A stretch of 64,000 nt of DNA from Eledone cirrhosa (GCA_964016885.1 OZ024751.1:35836001-35900000), one strand, 5' to 3'; counted from the stretch's first letter, positions 14,391 through 29,787 are shown. Numbers and translations: made by a program. Notes: generated by a model from the sequence alone, not told the origin.

Positions 14391-15085
14391 GTTACTGAAC
14401 GCAAGAACCACTCAGGACACCTGCCAACATATATTTATCACATATTTGATCAGCCGTTGAAACATGGCTTCAAAAAGCTGTCAATAATCATATATAACAA
14501 ATGTAGGTTACAACATAGAAACACCAACATTTCAAATGGTGTTTGCAATGCAAAACTTTGTAGAATATTTGTTTTTTTCGTTTTCCGTTTATTTTTTTAA
14601 AAACCTTTCCAGTGGTCTGCTATCACGTTCCACTTCAGTCTGAGTACGGACACACACCAATAACGAAACAACAAAACTGTTTTTGCTCTTTTTGTTTTCA
14701 GTTTTATCTTCCATGGAGATTTTTTTATTATCAACAAAAATCACGTATTAAAAATAAATAAAGATTAATTCGCTTCCATTCCACCCGAGAAAAGAAGATT
14801 TCCAGATAATTTCTGCGAATAGATCGATGAATTTTAGATTTTTATCACCTTTATCAATGCATATATGGACTTAAAAAATGGTTTATGTATATATGTATAT
14901 ATATATATATATATACAAACCATATATATATATTTAAACCATATATACATATATGTATGTATATATATATATATATATAATTGAAACAATTTTTCTGCTT
15001 TCTATTTCTATTATTTGTGTATGCTCGCGCTGACATGAATACATACATTCGCACCAAACATCATACTCACACGCACACGTACACA

Positions 15086-15149
<64 letters not shown>

Positions 15150-15157
15150 CACAAATA

Positions 15158-15252
<95 letters not shown>

Positions 15253-16697
15253 ATGTTTATGAATGTACAAATGGCAGAAGAATTTATTGAGAGAAGCAAA
15301 GCATAAATGCCAATCCAGGGTCTGTAAGTTAAAGTTTAAAAGTTCAAATCTGAAGGTGAACTTCAGTGAAAATCAAATGAAAATAAGAAAAATACATCAC
15401 GCAAACAATTACTAAACATACAAGCAACACCAGTAAAGAAGACGAGGAAATCGCCATTTTGTTAAAACAATGCTGCGGTGATTAAATTATCAGAAAGGAA
15501 TTATTGGCAGAAAATCGAATTCTAATTCGAATGAATCTTCAAAATATTAATTTGAAACATTTTAACGAGATAACTTGCTAAAGAATTATGACGGAAACAA
15601 ACAAAGAACAAAGGGAGTTATACAAAAAGAAAATGATACAAATATTAATTTGCATATAAAGGAACACTAACATACATATATTTGCATATAAGAGTATATA
15701 AACGACGGAGGATCTATTTACTATGTACTTATATACATATATATCCACATAGATGATCGTCTACACTAGTATGTTTATATATATACATACATATACATAC
15801 ACACACACACACAGACGCACACACACACACAGACACACACACACACACATATATATATATATGTGTATACATATATTTACAAATTGAAGCCTCGTTTTGA
15901 AAACTAATTGTAATAAAATTGGATAATAGAAATGTCGGCCATTGCTGGATTTCTGTGCATTAAACGATGCTGAGAGAAGTAGAAGTGTAGCCATAAAGTA
16001 AATAACGATGTTGTTTTATTAACGCTATTAAATATTATTACTACATTTACTAGCAAGCAGATAGAGAAAATTTAATCTTAAAATTGAAATATCTATCAAA
16101 TCTATATAGAAATTGCATTTTCTAAAATAAATAAAATTATGCATTATTTTCGCAGACAAGCCGAGCCAAGCTAAGAAATCCACCATTTTGTGATGTAGTC
16201 TGTTGACTCGAAGACTGATAATGATTCAGTTGTATCGTATCGATTATTCTCAGTGCAATAAATATGATAACACATGAATATTTCTTCTGTCAGTGCCACT
16301 AAAATCTGAGTTAATTTTACTTAAAATATCTCAGTTTTATGATCATTATTAAATTTAAGTTTTCCACTGCTTCGTGAGTAAATATAAGCATTGACTAAAA
16401 ATAAAATTATATGGATAGAGATAAAGCTACTCCATGTTATTGTCAGAAAGTAAACTAAATAACGGTTCGTGAGGTGGAAGAAAGGAAGTTTTGTTTAAGA
16501 ATGTTACATAATATAAAAGCATAGATTTGGTAACAGCAGCATTCGGCGGCAAAATCGATTCTTCTAGAATTAGTATCTTAATACAATTCATCACTGAAGA
16601 AATAAAATGGAATTTTATTGTACCATTTCAGTTAATAATGTACAACTTTGAAATAATGGAAGAATAAATGATCTCTTCAGCATTTAGAACAACGAAT

Positions 16698-16736
<39 letters not shown>

Positions 16737-16785
16737 GGAGAGGAGGAGAGAAGAAGGAGAAAAAGGAGAAGATGATGAAGAAGAA

Positions 16786-16816
<31 letters not shown>

Positions 16817-17049
16817 AAGAAGAAGAAGAAGAAGAAGAAGAAGAAGAAGAAGAAGAAGAAGAAGAAGAAGAAGAAAAAGAAGAAAAGAAGAAGAAAAGAA
16901 GCCTTAGAATCTTGTATAATCAAGATGGTAAAAATAAAAAAATAAAAATTGAAAAAAAGAAGCATTCTTAGTGCTGTAGGAGTTAAGTTGTCCATCTTGC
17001 GATGCCAGAAGCCTGAGTTCAAATGTCGGCAGTTGGTAAGATTTACGTG

Positions 17050-17190
17050 AGTTACTGGTACTTTATTTTATCGACCCCATAAGGACGAAAGTCAAAGCTA
17101 CCCTCAGCAGGATTTGAACTCAGGACTTAAAGGGCCGTAACTCTATGTCCCAAAGTATGTTGTCCGACGCTCTACTAATTACTATCAATA
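17050..17190 (-). mobile_element. Nin-domain SINE
   Basis: ACTGGTACTTTATTTTATCGACCCC...GGATTTGAACTCAG...TGTCCGACGCTCTAC. Confidence 0.85.
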
Positions 17191-17896
17191 GAGAAATTGT
17201 GGAAAAAGAATAGTTTTTTACAGCAGCCATATTTGATCTTTGAATAGCGAAGGCCAATATAAATATTGAAATGGCAGGTCAGGTGAGTTTATCATCTTTC
17301 ATTCTCTTATTCTTAATAGTTGACATGTGATTGTGTGAATTGAATAGAGTCGACTAGTACTAGTGACATTAAAGTGTGTGTGTGTGTGTGTGTGTTTGTG
17401 TGGTGGGGTAAAGTTGGTTTACTATATTATATTGAGTGACCATGTACTACTACGTTACTACAGTATATGTAACTAAAAATAAACAAACAAAAAAAAAACA
17501 AATAAACAAACAAAACAAATAAACAAACAAACAGGAAAACGAGAAAAAAAAAAAGAAGCTGATGGTGGAAAACAATTTGATTTGCAATATTTGAAGATGT
17601 ACTGAAACAAACTGTCAACTACCGTTGCATTTAGTTATTGTTTCGTTTGGAAATCTTACTCAACGAAGATGTCACAGAAAAAAAAGAAAACCACGACCGA
17701 AAAAGGTCGAATTAAAACTAAAAGAAAAACAAAAATTTTCGGAAATTGGCAGAAAAGCTCAAAGTCAATGTAATTATAGAGGTTTTTTGGCTTCTTAATG
17801 TACCTTATTGTATAAAGTTGTGAAGTTAGATATATTGTTGAAAGACATGTAACAGCAAATACATCAAAACTCATATGAACTGAACTTGATATCTTA

Positions 17897-19225
<1,329 letters not shown>

Positions 19226-19687
19226 ACACGCATCCTCAACTATTTATAGAGCAATAGGAGAGAATACTACGTCGCTTCTCTTTCAAGTGATTATTGGATA
19301 TTAAGTAATTTTTTTTTCAAAACCTATTTAAAATATCTCTTCAGTTGATAATAATAGAGACAGCCATTTGTAAAACATCAAACATGTTATCATTATTGAC
19401 GAAGAAATACGTGATTTAGAGAATGCTGGAGTGGTAGAAAACTGTAGAGTGAGCGATATATATATATTATATTTTATAGTGTGTAGACTGAGATGTAAAT
19501 AAGGGGGATGTGAGAGAGGGGCGCAGAAAGAGGGAGAGGGAGGGGGGGGGCAGAATCCGAGAGAGAGAGAGAGAGAAAGGGGGACAGGCAGAGGGAGACA
19601 GAAAGAGGGAGAGAGAGTGGTGGATGAGATAGATAGATTGATAGAGAATAAGCTATATATATATAGAGAGAGACGGGGTAGAGAGAT

Positions 19688-19728
<41 letters not shown>

Positions 19729-20076
19729 GAGAGGGTTTGGTTTAAAAAGAAACCCAGTATATCATTCGGGCGCCACTACGATTTTATCAGGGTTTATGGG
19801 TCCACAAACTATAGACATTAAAACGAACATCTCTGTATGGCTGAACTGGCGTAATTTCAGTCGATTTGGTAGCAGAAAGCTACAGAATTCAGCTACTATG
19901 GTAGGGGCCATAACGTTACCATACGATAAAATGTAAGGGTAGTTAAGTACTATAACAACTGCTAGTAGTCTTAACAGTTAAGTTATTAACCAGTACCATA
20001 AAGATTTGTTATGAATATTAGTAACTTGTGGCTTGCAGTGACTAACATACTGTTACTGTAGTTGAAGAAGTGACTG

Positions 20077-20105
<29 letters not shown>

Positions 20106-20107
<2 letters not shown>

Positions 20108-20176
20108 TCTACTATCCTAAGTATTGAGTACTATGGAGCGTTATGGTCGATCTGGTTCCTTACCACAATTCCTTTG

Positions 20177-20178
<2 letters not shown>
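20106..20178 (+). mobile_element. Family A 3' tail fragment ending in (TA)n
   Basis: ACTCTACTATCCTAAGTATTGAGTACT...GGTTCCTTACCACAATTCCTTTGT-TATATA. Confidence 0.85.
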
Positions 20179-20214
<36 letters not shown>

Positions 20215-20215
20215 C

Positions 20216-20258
<43 letters not shown>

Positions 20259-20400
20259 CATTTCTTACGTACCTTCTCAATTATATGTAGTTTTTCATGT
20301 TACAACTTATGGTATATAAATATTGAGTTTTGTCATAACTAATCACTGCCAAGACTGGAATTGAACCATCAGCAGAGTTGAGGTATGTCAGACATCAATT

Positions 20401-20466
20401 TATTTTATCTGATGAGGACGTACTGATGAAATAGCTCAGTACCTCTGAAATATGTATAGTAAAATA
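20401..20466 (+). ncRNA. Type I hammerhead ribozyme with minimal stem III
   Basis: TATTTTAT-CTGATGA-stem II (GTACTGA/TCAGTAC)-GAAA-T-ATGT-ATA^GTAAAATA. It lies in a segment bounded by (TA)n arrays. Confidence 0.75.
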
Positions 20467-20507
20467 TATTTGATCAATGAATGTCTATATTTATTAATAT
20501 TTTGAAG

Positions 20508-20543
<36 letters not shown>

Positions 20544-20840
20544 GCACACTTATATACATACAAAAATACATAAATAGATACATATATACATATATATATA
20601 TGTTTATATATATATATACACAACACATAGATACATACATTATATATATATATATATATATATAATACATAAACAGAGAAAGCCTTAAGCGATACTCTGA
20701 TCAACTCCATCTCACTCAACAAACATTAGGATATACCTAAGTAGTTTCCCAATTTAGTGTTTGGGTGCTAACTAATCAGTATTTCGTGGATAGCTGGTTG
20801 TATTATTTTATATGAGACATTATTAAATAAATATCTCTTT

Positions 20841-20862
20841 CCTTCCAGACGGCCGTTTCGTT
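20841..20862 (-). ncRNA. 3' half of an HHR with a palindromic loop
   Basis: Minus strand GAAAC-GGCC-GTC^TGGAAGG within a TA-bounded segment (~20666-20900). No CTGANGA is left. Confidence 0.5.
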
Positions 20863-20899
20863 ATAAGATTTCTACAATTTGGGATAAATAATTTCCAGG

Positions 20900-20952
<53 letters not shown>

Positions 20953-21103
20953 TACATTAATACTTGCTTGAGGGGAGTTTTTTTTCTGAAGACCTGCTGT
21001 TGTCCAGCTTTCCTGAGAGTTTCTTACACACAAACACACATATATATATGTATACTTACTTCCATACAAACTCACACATACACACACATACATATATATA
21101 AAT

Positions 21104-21168
<65 letters not shown>

Positions 21169-21299
21169 ACTGACCTAACACAACAATTACCGCAGCTAAA
21201 TAAGCTGTTCAAGTGAGGATTATTTCTGTGTAATACAGAAATCCACTTTCGACTTCCAGAGTAGCTTGAAGAAGAATTAGCTTGGCTCACAAATACTGT

Positions 21300-21650
21300 G
21301 ATGGTGGTGGTGGTAGAGGGATGGTGGTGGTGGTAGAGGGATGGTGTTGTTGAAGATGGTGTTGGTGATGGTGATGGTGCTGTTTGTGATCGTGGTGCAG
21401 TTTGTGATGGTGGTGTTGGTGGTGTGGTTGTTTTTTTTCTGCTGCAGATGTTAATGATAGATACTGCTGTCATTGCTACTGCTGTTCTGGTTGTTGTTGT
21501 TGTTGCTGCTGCTGCTGCTGCTACAGATGTTGCGACCGTTATTGTTGTTGTTGCTGTTGCTGTCGATGCAGCAGATGATGCTGTTGCTGTAGATGCTGCT
21601 GACAGCTGCTGTTGCTGTAGATGTTGCTGACAACTGGTGTTGTTGCTGCA
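21300..21650. repeat. Mixed (GGT)/(GTT)/(GCT) trinucleotide repeat
   Basis: Seen directly in the sequence. Confidence 0.9.
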
Positions 21651-22061
21651 ATAACAGATTTAATCACTACAGTACAGCTATTTGTATTAGTTATGTTATA
21701 ACAAGTGAATATTGCTTTTTACGAAACAGCTGCCAATATATCTCAACAAAATTACTGAAATAGTTTTAAATCTAGGAATAACTAGTTTGAACTGGAAACA
21801 CAAAAATACAAGCACTTCGACTGGAATAAGTTACAAAGATCAGCTGAAATGTCCATAGACTGACCAAGATACTCTCATGGAATGACCAAGTGAGGTTTAT
21901 TTTTTCAACATGCTCCCTGGAAAGAAACAATGCAGTTACTAATAAGAAGTGTTGAAATTACTGCATGCAAGATTTCAAAGCTCTAGCACCACTCTTTCAT
22001 ATTCAGCCTATGAATCTTTCAACACACCCTCGTGTGTAATATATATATATATATATATATA

Positions 22062-22240
22062 GATCCCGTGCGAAATCGGGGGTAACCACAGTTAAAAAGG
22101 TACTCAATACATTAGTAGAGTGTAAATATCACTATTTAATACAGAAACGGCTTCTACAGGACTACTGCTTCTAGTCCTGTATTATCGAGGTCTTCCTGAT
22201 GATTTAATACGAACGAAACAGTTCTAGTTTTGTTGAAGCC
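22062..22240. mobile_element. Family B element: minus-strand tail plus an inverted plus-strand HHR
   Basis: 22062-22165 is the reverse complement of the family B tail. The plus strand has GGTCTTC-CTGATGA(22196)-...-GAAAC(22215)AGTTCTAGTTTT-GTT^GAAGCC. (TA)n on both sides. Confidence 0.8.
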
Positions 22241-22458
<218 letters not shown>

Positions 22459-22459
22459 G

Positions 22460-22547
<88 letters not shown>

Positions 22548-22914
22548 TGCACGTGTGTGTGTATGTATGTATGCATGTGCGTCTATGTAGGTATGTATGT
22601 ATTTCAAGTAACTAGACATTTCATTCACTTCCGTCAACAATAGAAAAGAGATTTTAGAATTTTAATATTAAACTGATTGAATGGATTTCAGTGTGCAATG
22701 ATATTAGATAAGGTACAGTTAATCTCTTGTCTAGACTAGTATTCCTCGGTGTTTCTCTTTAACAACTTCTGTTGTAACTTCTATACTGTTCAATGTGGAG
22801 TAAAATACGAGATATCACAGTGACAAGAGGCTGGTTTAGTTTGTTTGAAACGTTATTGTATAGTGTAGAAAATAGTGGTATAGTTTAAAGGCTACCACAA
22901 GGTGAATTGTAAAT

Positions 22915-23134
22915 GTTGGTTTCTGATTTAGGCACGAGGATAACAACTTTGGGTAAGGGAAAGTCGATTAAATCGACACCAGTACATTACTAGTACTTTA
23001 TTTTATCGACTCCTGTAAGGATGAAAGGCAAAGATAAACTCGGCGGGATTTGAACTCAGATCGTAATATAAGGGTGTAACCTTATGCTATAAAGCATGTT
23101 ATCCGACGCTCTACAGAAACTGCCAATCTACCGC
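22915..23134 (-). mobile_element. Near full-length Nin-domain SINE
   Basis: tRNA-like head (reverse complement GCGGTAGATTGGCAG...GAGTTCAAATCCCGCCGAG), Nin domain and tail. Confidence 0.9.
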
Positions 23135-23752
23135 ACTTATTTGGATGGTAATGACGTAGTGATATTAGCTTATATTTCTTCATAGGTCCTTATATTTCGG
23201 ATAAATTACCTTCATCAAATATAAGGACCTATAATTACTGTAAGACGACATCCAAACGTAATTGTTATTATACTTTTATAATTGTGGTAGACATGTAACA
23301 AAACACTATTTTCTAAATAAGATACTGTTTAATCCCTTGTCTAGAATTTTCTCATATCTTGTCTCCCTTATGACTGAATAATAGGTGGTAAAATATGAGA
23401 AAACATATATTTATATATTGTCCAGAGATTTACGTTCCTCAGTATATTTATCTATATTACTTAGCATCACTACTGCAGAATCTCCGATAAAATCATGTTT
23501 AGAAGTCTAGAAGAACTTCAGAAAGATACAAGGAAAATAATCAACACCAAAGGGACTAACGTTCCATGTTTGTACTACAGACACTTACACTAATATATTA
23601 AGAATATATATATAATATATAATATATATATATTATATATTATATAATATATATAATATATAATATATTAAGTTTAAAGTAAACATATAGGTAAGTGTGT
23701 ATAGGTGGAAATAAAAATATATTTTGGTCTGACTACGCACTCGTGCCGACTC

Positions 23753-23815
<63 letters not shown>

Positions 23816-23947
23816 GATAAATCTACCAAGAGTTTACGGTAGTGTCCAATCCGTATGAAGAACTCAATGTATTCCGGATATCATGGAAAGAAGAGATGTA
23901 ATGAAAAACCACTTTCGGTGAAAGATAAACGGTATACAGAGTACAAG

Positions 23948-24349
23948 ATAAAATATTAAACAAATAATGAATAAACAATTTCTTATATTAAACAAAAAAA
24001 GTTCATTATTTAACGATCGTTTCTAGGATATATATGTGTTAGAATTGGTATGCATATTTAACAGATCTATGTACAAAATTATACAAAATTATACAAATTA
24101 TCAAGATTAAATATACATACCAAACACATATATACACATATATATTATTTCTGAAGACGGCGTATATATGTGTTTGGTATGTATATTTAATCTTGATAAT
24201 TTGTATAATTTTGTATAATTTTGTACATAGATCTGTTAAATATGCATACCAATTCTAACACATATATATCCTAGAAACGATCGTTAAATAATGAACTTTT
24301 TTTGTTTAATATAAGAAATTGTTTATTCATTATTTGTTTAATATTTTAT
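23948..24349. repeat. 188-bp inverted repeat with 26-bp spacer
   Basis: 23948-24135 is the reverse complement of 24162-24349. No mismatch noticed by eye. Confidence 0.9.
24143..24293 (+). ncRNA. Type I hammerhead ribozyme with ~115-nt stem II
   Basis: TATTATTT-CTGAAGA(24151)-long hairpin (GTATATATGTGTT/AACACATATATAT; TGGTATGTATATTTAA/TTAAATATGCATACCA)-GAAAC(24274)-GATC-GTT^AAATAATG. Confidence 0.75.
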
Positions 24350-24350
24350 A

Positions 24351-24672
<322 letters not shown>

Positions 24673-24752
24673 TATATATATATATTTATATATATATATA
24701 TATATATATTTATATAAATATATATATTTATATATATATATTTATATATATA

Positions 24753-24853
<101 letters not shown>

Positions 24854-24904
24854 ATATATATATATGTGTGTGTTTGTGTGTGTATATATATATATATGTA
24901 TATA

Positions 24905-25003
24905 CAGGGTGTCCCCCTAAAATGTATACACACTTCAACAGCATTCTAATAAATATTGCCTGTACAAGTAATCAAAGTGTACATACATTTTTGGGGCACC
25001 CTG
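24905..25003. mobile_element. Tc1/mariner-type MITE
   Basis: TA|CAGGGTGTCCCCCTAAAATGTAT ... ATACATTTTTGGGGCACCCTG|TA: terminal inverted repeats with TA target duplication. Confidence 0.85.
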
Positions 25004-25073
25004 TATATGTATGTGTGTGTGTATGTATGTATGTATTTCTGTTTACCTTTTACACACATATATATATATATAT

Positions 25074-25160
25074 AACTCAGAATGTAGAGGGACATAACAC
25101 TATGCTGTGCAAAGAAGGTGGTCCGACGACGCTCTCCCAATTCTGCCAATCCACACCGCC
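25074..25160 (-). mobile_element. Nin-SINE tRNA-like head fragment
   Basis: Reverse complement GGCGGTGTGGATTGGCAGAATTGGGAGAGCGTC...TTCTGAGTT. Confidence 0.65.
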
Positions 25161-25417
25161 CACGCCAGCAAAATAATGAGATAATAAAGTAAAACAATAA
25201 TGATACAATGTTTCAGCTGCTTTACACGAGTCACCTGTATCTACCTGTAATATATATCACAGGTGAGATAATTATATTGTCTCACCTGTGATATATTTTA
25301 CCACCTAGGCTACACATCAACGGATAAAAGAATAAAATCCTCAAGCGGTTCCCTTCAAATTAATAACTGTTAAGTATTAGTTTTATCTTCGTTTACTGTT
25401 AGACATTCTAGAGGAAC

Positions 25418-26181
25418 AGTTGTTGTTGTTGTTACTGTTGTTGTTGTTAATGTTGTTGTTGTTGATATTGTTGTTGTTGCTGCTGTTGTTATTGTTGTTA
25501 CTGTTGTTACTGTTGTTATTGTTGTTGCTGTTGTTACTGTTATTGTTGTTATTGTTGTTACTGTTGTTATTGTTGTTGCTATTGATGTTATGTTGATGTT
25601 ATTCTTATTGTTACTGTTATTGTTGTTGTTGCTGTTATTGTTGTTGTTATTCTTATTGCTATTGTTAGTGTTTTATTTTTAAGAAAAACAACAACAACGA
25701 CAACAACAATAACAACAACAGCAGGAAGAATCTGAAGAACAATAACAACAGGAACAACAACAACAATAACAGGAACAACAACAACAGAAACAACAGCAGG
25801 AAGAAGAAGAACAACAACAACATGAACAACAACAACAATAACAGAAACAACAACAACAACAACAGAAATAACAACAACAGAAAGAAGAAGAACAACAGAA
25901 ACAACAACAACAGGAACAACAACAACAACAACAATAACAGAAACAACAACAACAGGAACAACAACAACAGGAAGACGAAGAATAACAACAGAAACAACAA
26001 CAGGAAGAATCTGAAGAACAATAACAACAGGAACAACAACAACAGGAAGAAGAAGAAGAACAACAATAACAACAACATCAAGAACAACAACAATAACAAC
26101 AACAACAGCAACAACAACAACAGTAACAACAACAGCAACAACAACAACAACAGCAACAACAACAATGGCAGCAACAACAAC
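25418..26181. repeat. (GTT)n array directly followed by (AAC)n array
   Basis: TTG-rich at 25418-25670 and CAA-rich at 25685-26181. Confidence 0.9.
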
Positions 26182-26386
26182 AAGAGGCATGTGATCCAAA
26201 TTAGGTTGTTGCAGTAAACAAGGAACTCTAAGTTAAAATAACAGTCTGGAAACAATAGAGAGAATATGGTTTAATTAACCAATTATAATTTTAGAATCTC
26301 TGAGATTTTTGCTGTTTTGCCGAGGAATCGACGTTTGGAACAAATCAATAGAAGACTTCAACTTCCACAATCTGCTGACCTCTTAA

Positions 26387-26445
<59 letters not shown>

Positions 26446-26939
26446 CACACACACACACACATATATATACACACACACACACATACACTCACACACTCAC
26501 ACACATATATATGTATGTATATGTGCAACCACACACACATATATATATATGTACACACACATACACACACATATATATATATATTATATACACATACATA
26601 CATACGTATATATATATATATAGATACATACGTATATACATACATATATATGTATATATATATACATACATATATATATACATACATACATGCATACACA
26701 TGCACACACACAAACACACACATATATATATATACACACATACAGACACACATACACATATATTTAATATATATATACACACATACAGACGTGCACAAAT
26801 ACATGTACGCACTCAAACTTTCAAAGAGGCACATATTCGCACATACATACTCACATGCACGCATACACACTCACTAATAAACACACCAATATATATACAA
26901 ACACATACACGCGAGTGCACGCTAGGGTGCGCACTAGGG

Positions 26940-27250
26940 GAGAGCAAGGAGAAAAGAAAAGCAAGGAGAGCAAGGAGAACAGGAGAGCAAGGAGAGCAAT
27001 GAGAGAAAGGAGAGCAAGGAGAAAATGAGAGCATGGAGAAAAGGAGAGCAAGGAGAAAAGGAGAGCAAGGGAAGCAATGAGAAAAGGAGAGAAAGAAGAG
27101 CAATGAGAAAAGGAGAGCAAGAAGAGCAATGAGAAAAGGAGAGCTAGGAGAGCAAGGAGAGCAAGGAGAGAAAGGAGAGCAAGGAAAGCAATGAGAAAAG
27201 GAGAGCAAGGAGAGCAAGGAGAGCAAGGATAAAACGAGAGCAAGGAGAGT
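26940..27250. repeat. AGGAGAGCA(A)-based minisatellite
   Basis: Repeated 9-18-bp purine-rich units. Confidence 0.9.
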
Positions 27251-27705
27251 AAGGATAGATTAAGGAAAATATTGCTCAAGTTATGCTGGAAGCAGACAAA
27301 GGTGAAGAAGAGGAAGAAGAAGGGGTTGGCTGGATGTGTCCACATAAATTTCTGAAAAAAAGACAATGGTCGAGATAGGGAACAGTCCACCGCCTTTTAA
27401 CTGAATTAATCGTTGCGTATACTATGTTCCAACTTCAAGACGTTTGAAGGTCGCCTAACAGTTGTCCAATTGAGCTGAAATTTCTTCCGCACACCCCGCA
27501 TTTTTGTAAATTCGAACATTATTAGATGGTGGGCGATGAACTTTCGTAAAATTATCTATTGCTAAGGTCCGCCCTAGTGCACACACACGTACACACACAC
27601 AGTTGCATGTCCCTCCCCATGTAATACTCATTAATAGTGAAAGCACATGACATTTTGTAAACGACTAGGTTTCGTACGACCAACATGGTTGTAAAACGAA
27701 TTTGT

Positions 27706-28208
27706 CAGTAAATACATTTCCTCACTTAACGACCAGGTTTTACAACCGAGTCGTAATATATCTTTAGATTTTATTTCAATTTCCCCCCGTTAGGTGACAG
27801 AGTCCATGATAGTATGACATGTTACGATACGAAATACGAGTTTTATATTAAATGAATTGCCTGAATGAAGAAATTCCTGACCTTATTTGAAACACTATCT
27901 TACTAATTGTAAATTTGTTATATTTTGAAAATCTCTTCTAAACTTAAAACAAAAAATAGTTTTAAACATAAGCATATGGAGGTGCGCCAGCATGGCCTCA
28001 GCCGGATGGCTGGAACAGGTAAAAGAGTAAAAGAGCATATGTTGGATAAAGAAAAAAGAATCTAGAAAAATTTCAAACATAAAAAATTACGTGAAAGAAC
28101 ATACAAAAAAAAAATGTACATAATATATAGAAATGTACAGACGAAACATTTATTGACGTAAGTGTGAGAGGTTGTTAAACGAGGAGATCGTTAACTGAGG
28201 AATACCTG
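27706..28208. mobile_element. Probable decayed pogo/Tigger-like non-autonomous DNA transposon
   Basis: Left end CAG...TTCCTCACTTAACGACC matches the reverse complement of the right end, CAGGTATTCCTCAGTTAACGATC. It contains a SINE 3' tail at ~27978-28035. Confidence 0.5.
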
Positions 28209-28717
28209 TTTTCGAAACTCAAGAAATAAACCATACCAACATATTATAAGTATGACCCTATAAAGATTAATTAACCTAGATCTAGAAATCGATATACTTC
28301 TCCCTCTCCACCCCAACCCTCTCCATCAAACCCACCAACCTACCTTCCTCCTGCTCCATTAAAAAAAAAAACACATCTACGACGTAGTTTGAAGCAGATG
28401 GTAAAACGGATCCATCAATATAAAAGATTTATTTCCCCTGTATTTAATTGTCCCATAACTTTCTGTCTCTGTGAAGTTCTATCTTTAGTAGTTCTGCCAT
28501 TTTATTGATTTCTGTGGAACAATCTTTGATTTGTGCAGTTATTTCTTCTTCTGTTTTCGTTACGATGTAACATTTCTCTCACAGTTTTACTCTCCTGCCA
28601 GCAAAGATAAGAATTTCTCACTAAATCATCAAATATTTGCCATTTATTTACTTATTTTTCTGTTACGATCCGATTTGGAATGTATTAATCAGTTTTTAAA
28701 TTACATGTTTATAATTA

Positions 28718-28862
28718 AAGGTGGTGTGTTGACAGAGTCGGTAGAGCATCGGATATAATGCCATTGTGATATTTGTTCTGGTTTTTTACATTCTGAGTTG
28801 AAATCCTGGCGAGATCAAATTTGCTTTTTACTCTTCCTGGGTCGATAAAATAAAATACCAGT
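28718..28862 (+). mobile_element. Nin-domain SINE (diverged)
   Basis: AAGGTGGTGTGTTGACAGAGTCGGTAGAGC...GGGTCGATAAAATAAAATACCAGT. Confidence 0.8.
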
Positions 28863-29294
28863 GAGGGCACATTAAGGGCACACTGAGGGCATACTGAGGG
28901 CACAAAGAAACAGCGAGGGCGGTAGCGATATATTTTTGCCCTCAGCTGGGCTTTTTAGTTTTAGGATGGATGGTTAGAATATTTGATTTTAATACCTGAA
29001 CGTATAACTTTTCAATTCCAATTACTTGTGCCAGCTAACTTTGATAAGTAAAATTGGGGGTTTGCTGAGTATTCTAATTTTTTTTGTATAAGCACCCCCC
29101 CCCCCAGCCTGAAGTGCCCCAACCTAAAAAAGGTCTAAACCCAACCCTTGGCATGAAGGGTCCCGTAACATACGGCGTCTCTAGGAGTATTTAAAAACCT
29201 ATTAGAACCCATCCCCTCTCTAAGTCTGAACACGGCAGTCTTTTTTGCAGAGAATGATAGGGAGATTGTGAGAAAGAAACACAGAGGAAAGATT

Positions 29295-29450
29295 GACCCA
29301 AGTACAAGACTGGTATTTCTTTTTATCGATCTCGAATGGATGAAAGGTAAAATTGGCCTCAGCGGGATTTGAACTCAGAGATTAGAGAGCCGAAACGTAG
29401 AGTAGAAAGAATTCTATCCAACGTTCTAACGACACTTCCAGTTCGTCGCT
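29295..29450 (-). mobile_element. Nin-domain SINE (diverged)
   Basis: ACTGGTATTT...TTTTATCGA...GGATGAAAGGTAAA...GCGGGATTTGAACTCAG. Confidence 0.75.
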
Positions 29451-29604
29451 GTTAAAGATTGTTTTAAGCCAGGAGTCTCATCAGGGATTTATTACCGTTA
29501 AGTGACTGAAGCGAGTGAGGGTCAAGAAAGACACCCCCTGGATAGAACGCCAGTCCATCGAAAGGATAGCTCCATCCCAGCCACTTCTGTTATTATTTTC
29601 TATC

Positions 29605-29787
29605 TGGATTGGCAGTATCGGTAGAGGATCGGACGCCATGCTTTGCAGTAAAAAGTTACGGCCTTTTATGATTTGAGTGCAAATCCGAGGTTAGCTTTGC
29701 CTTTCATCCTTACGGGGTCGATAAAATAAAGTACCAGTAATACGTTGAGCTAATTGCTGGCCTGTGCCAAGAGTAGAAACAATTATT
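29605..29787 (+). mobile_element. Nin-domain SINE, young subfamily
   Basis: GGATTGGCAGTATCGGTAGAGG...CTTTGCCTTTCATCCTTACGGGGTCGATAAAATAAAGTACCAG...GTAGAAACAATTATT. Confidence 0.9.
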
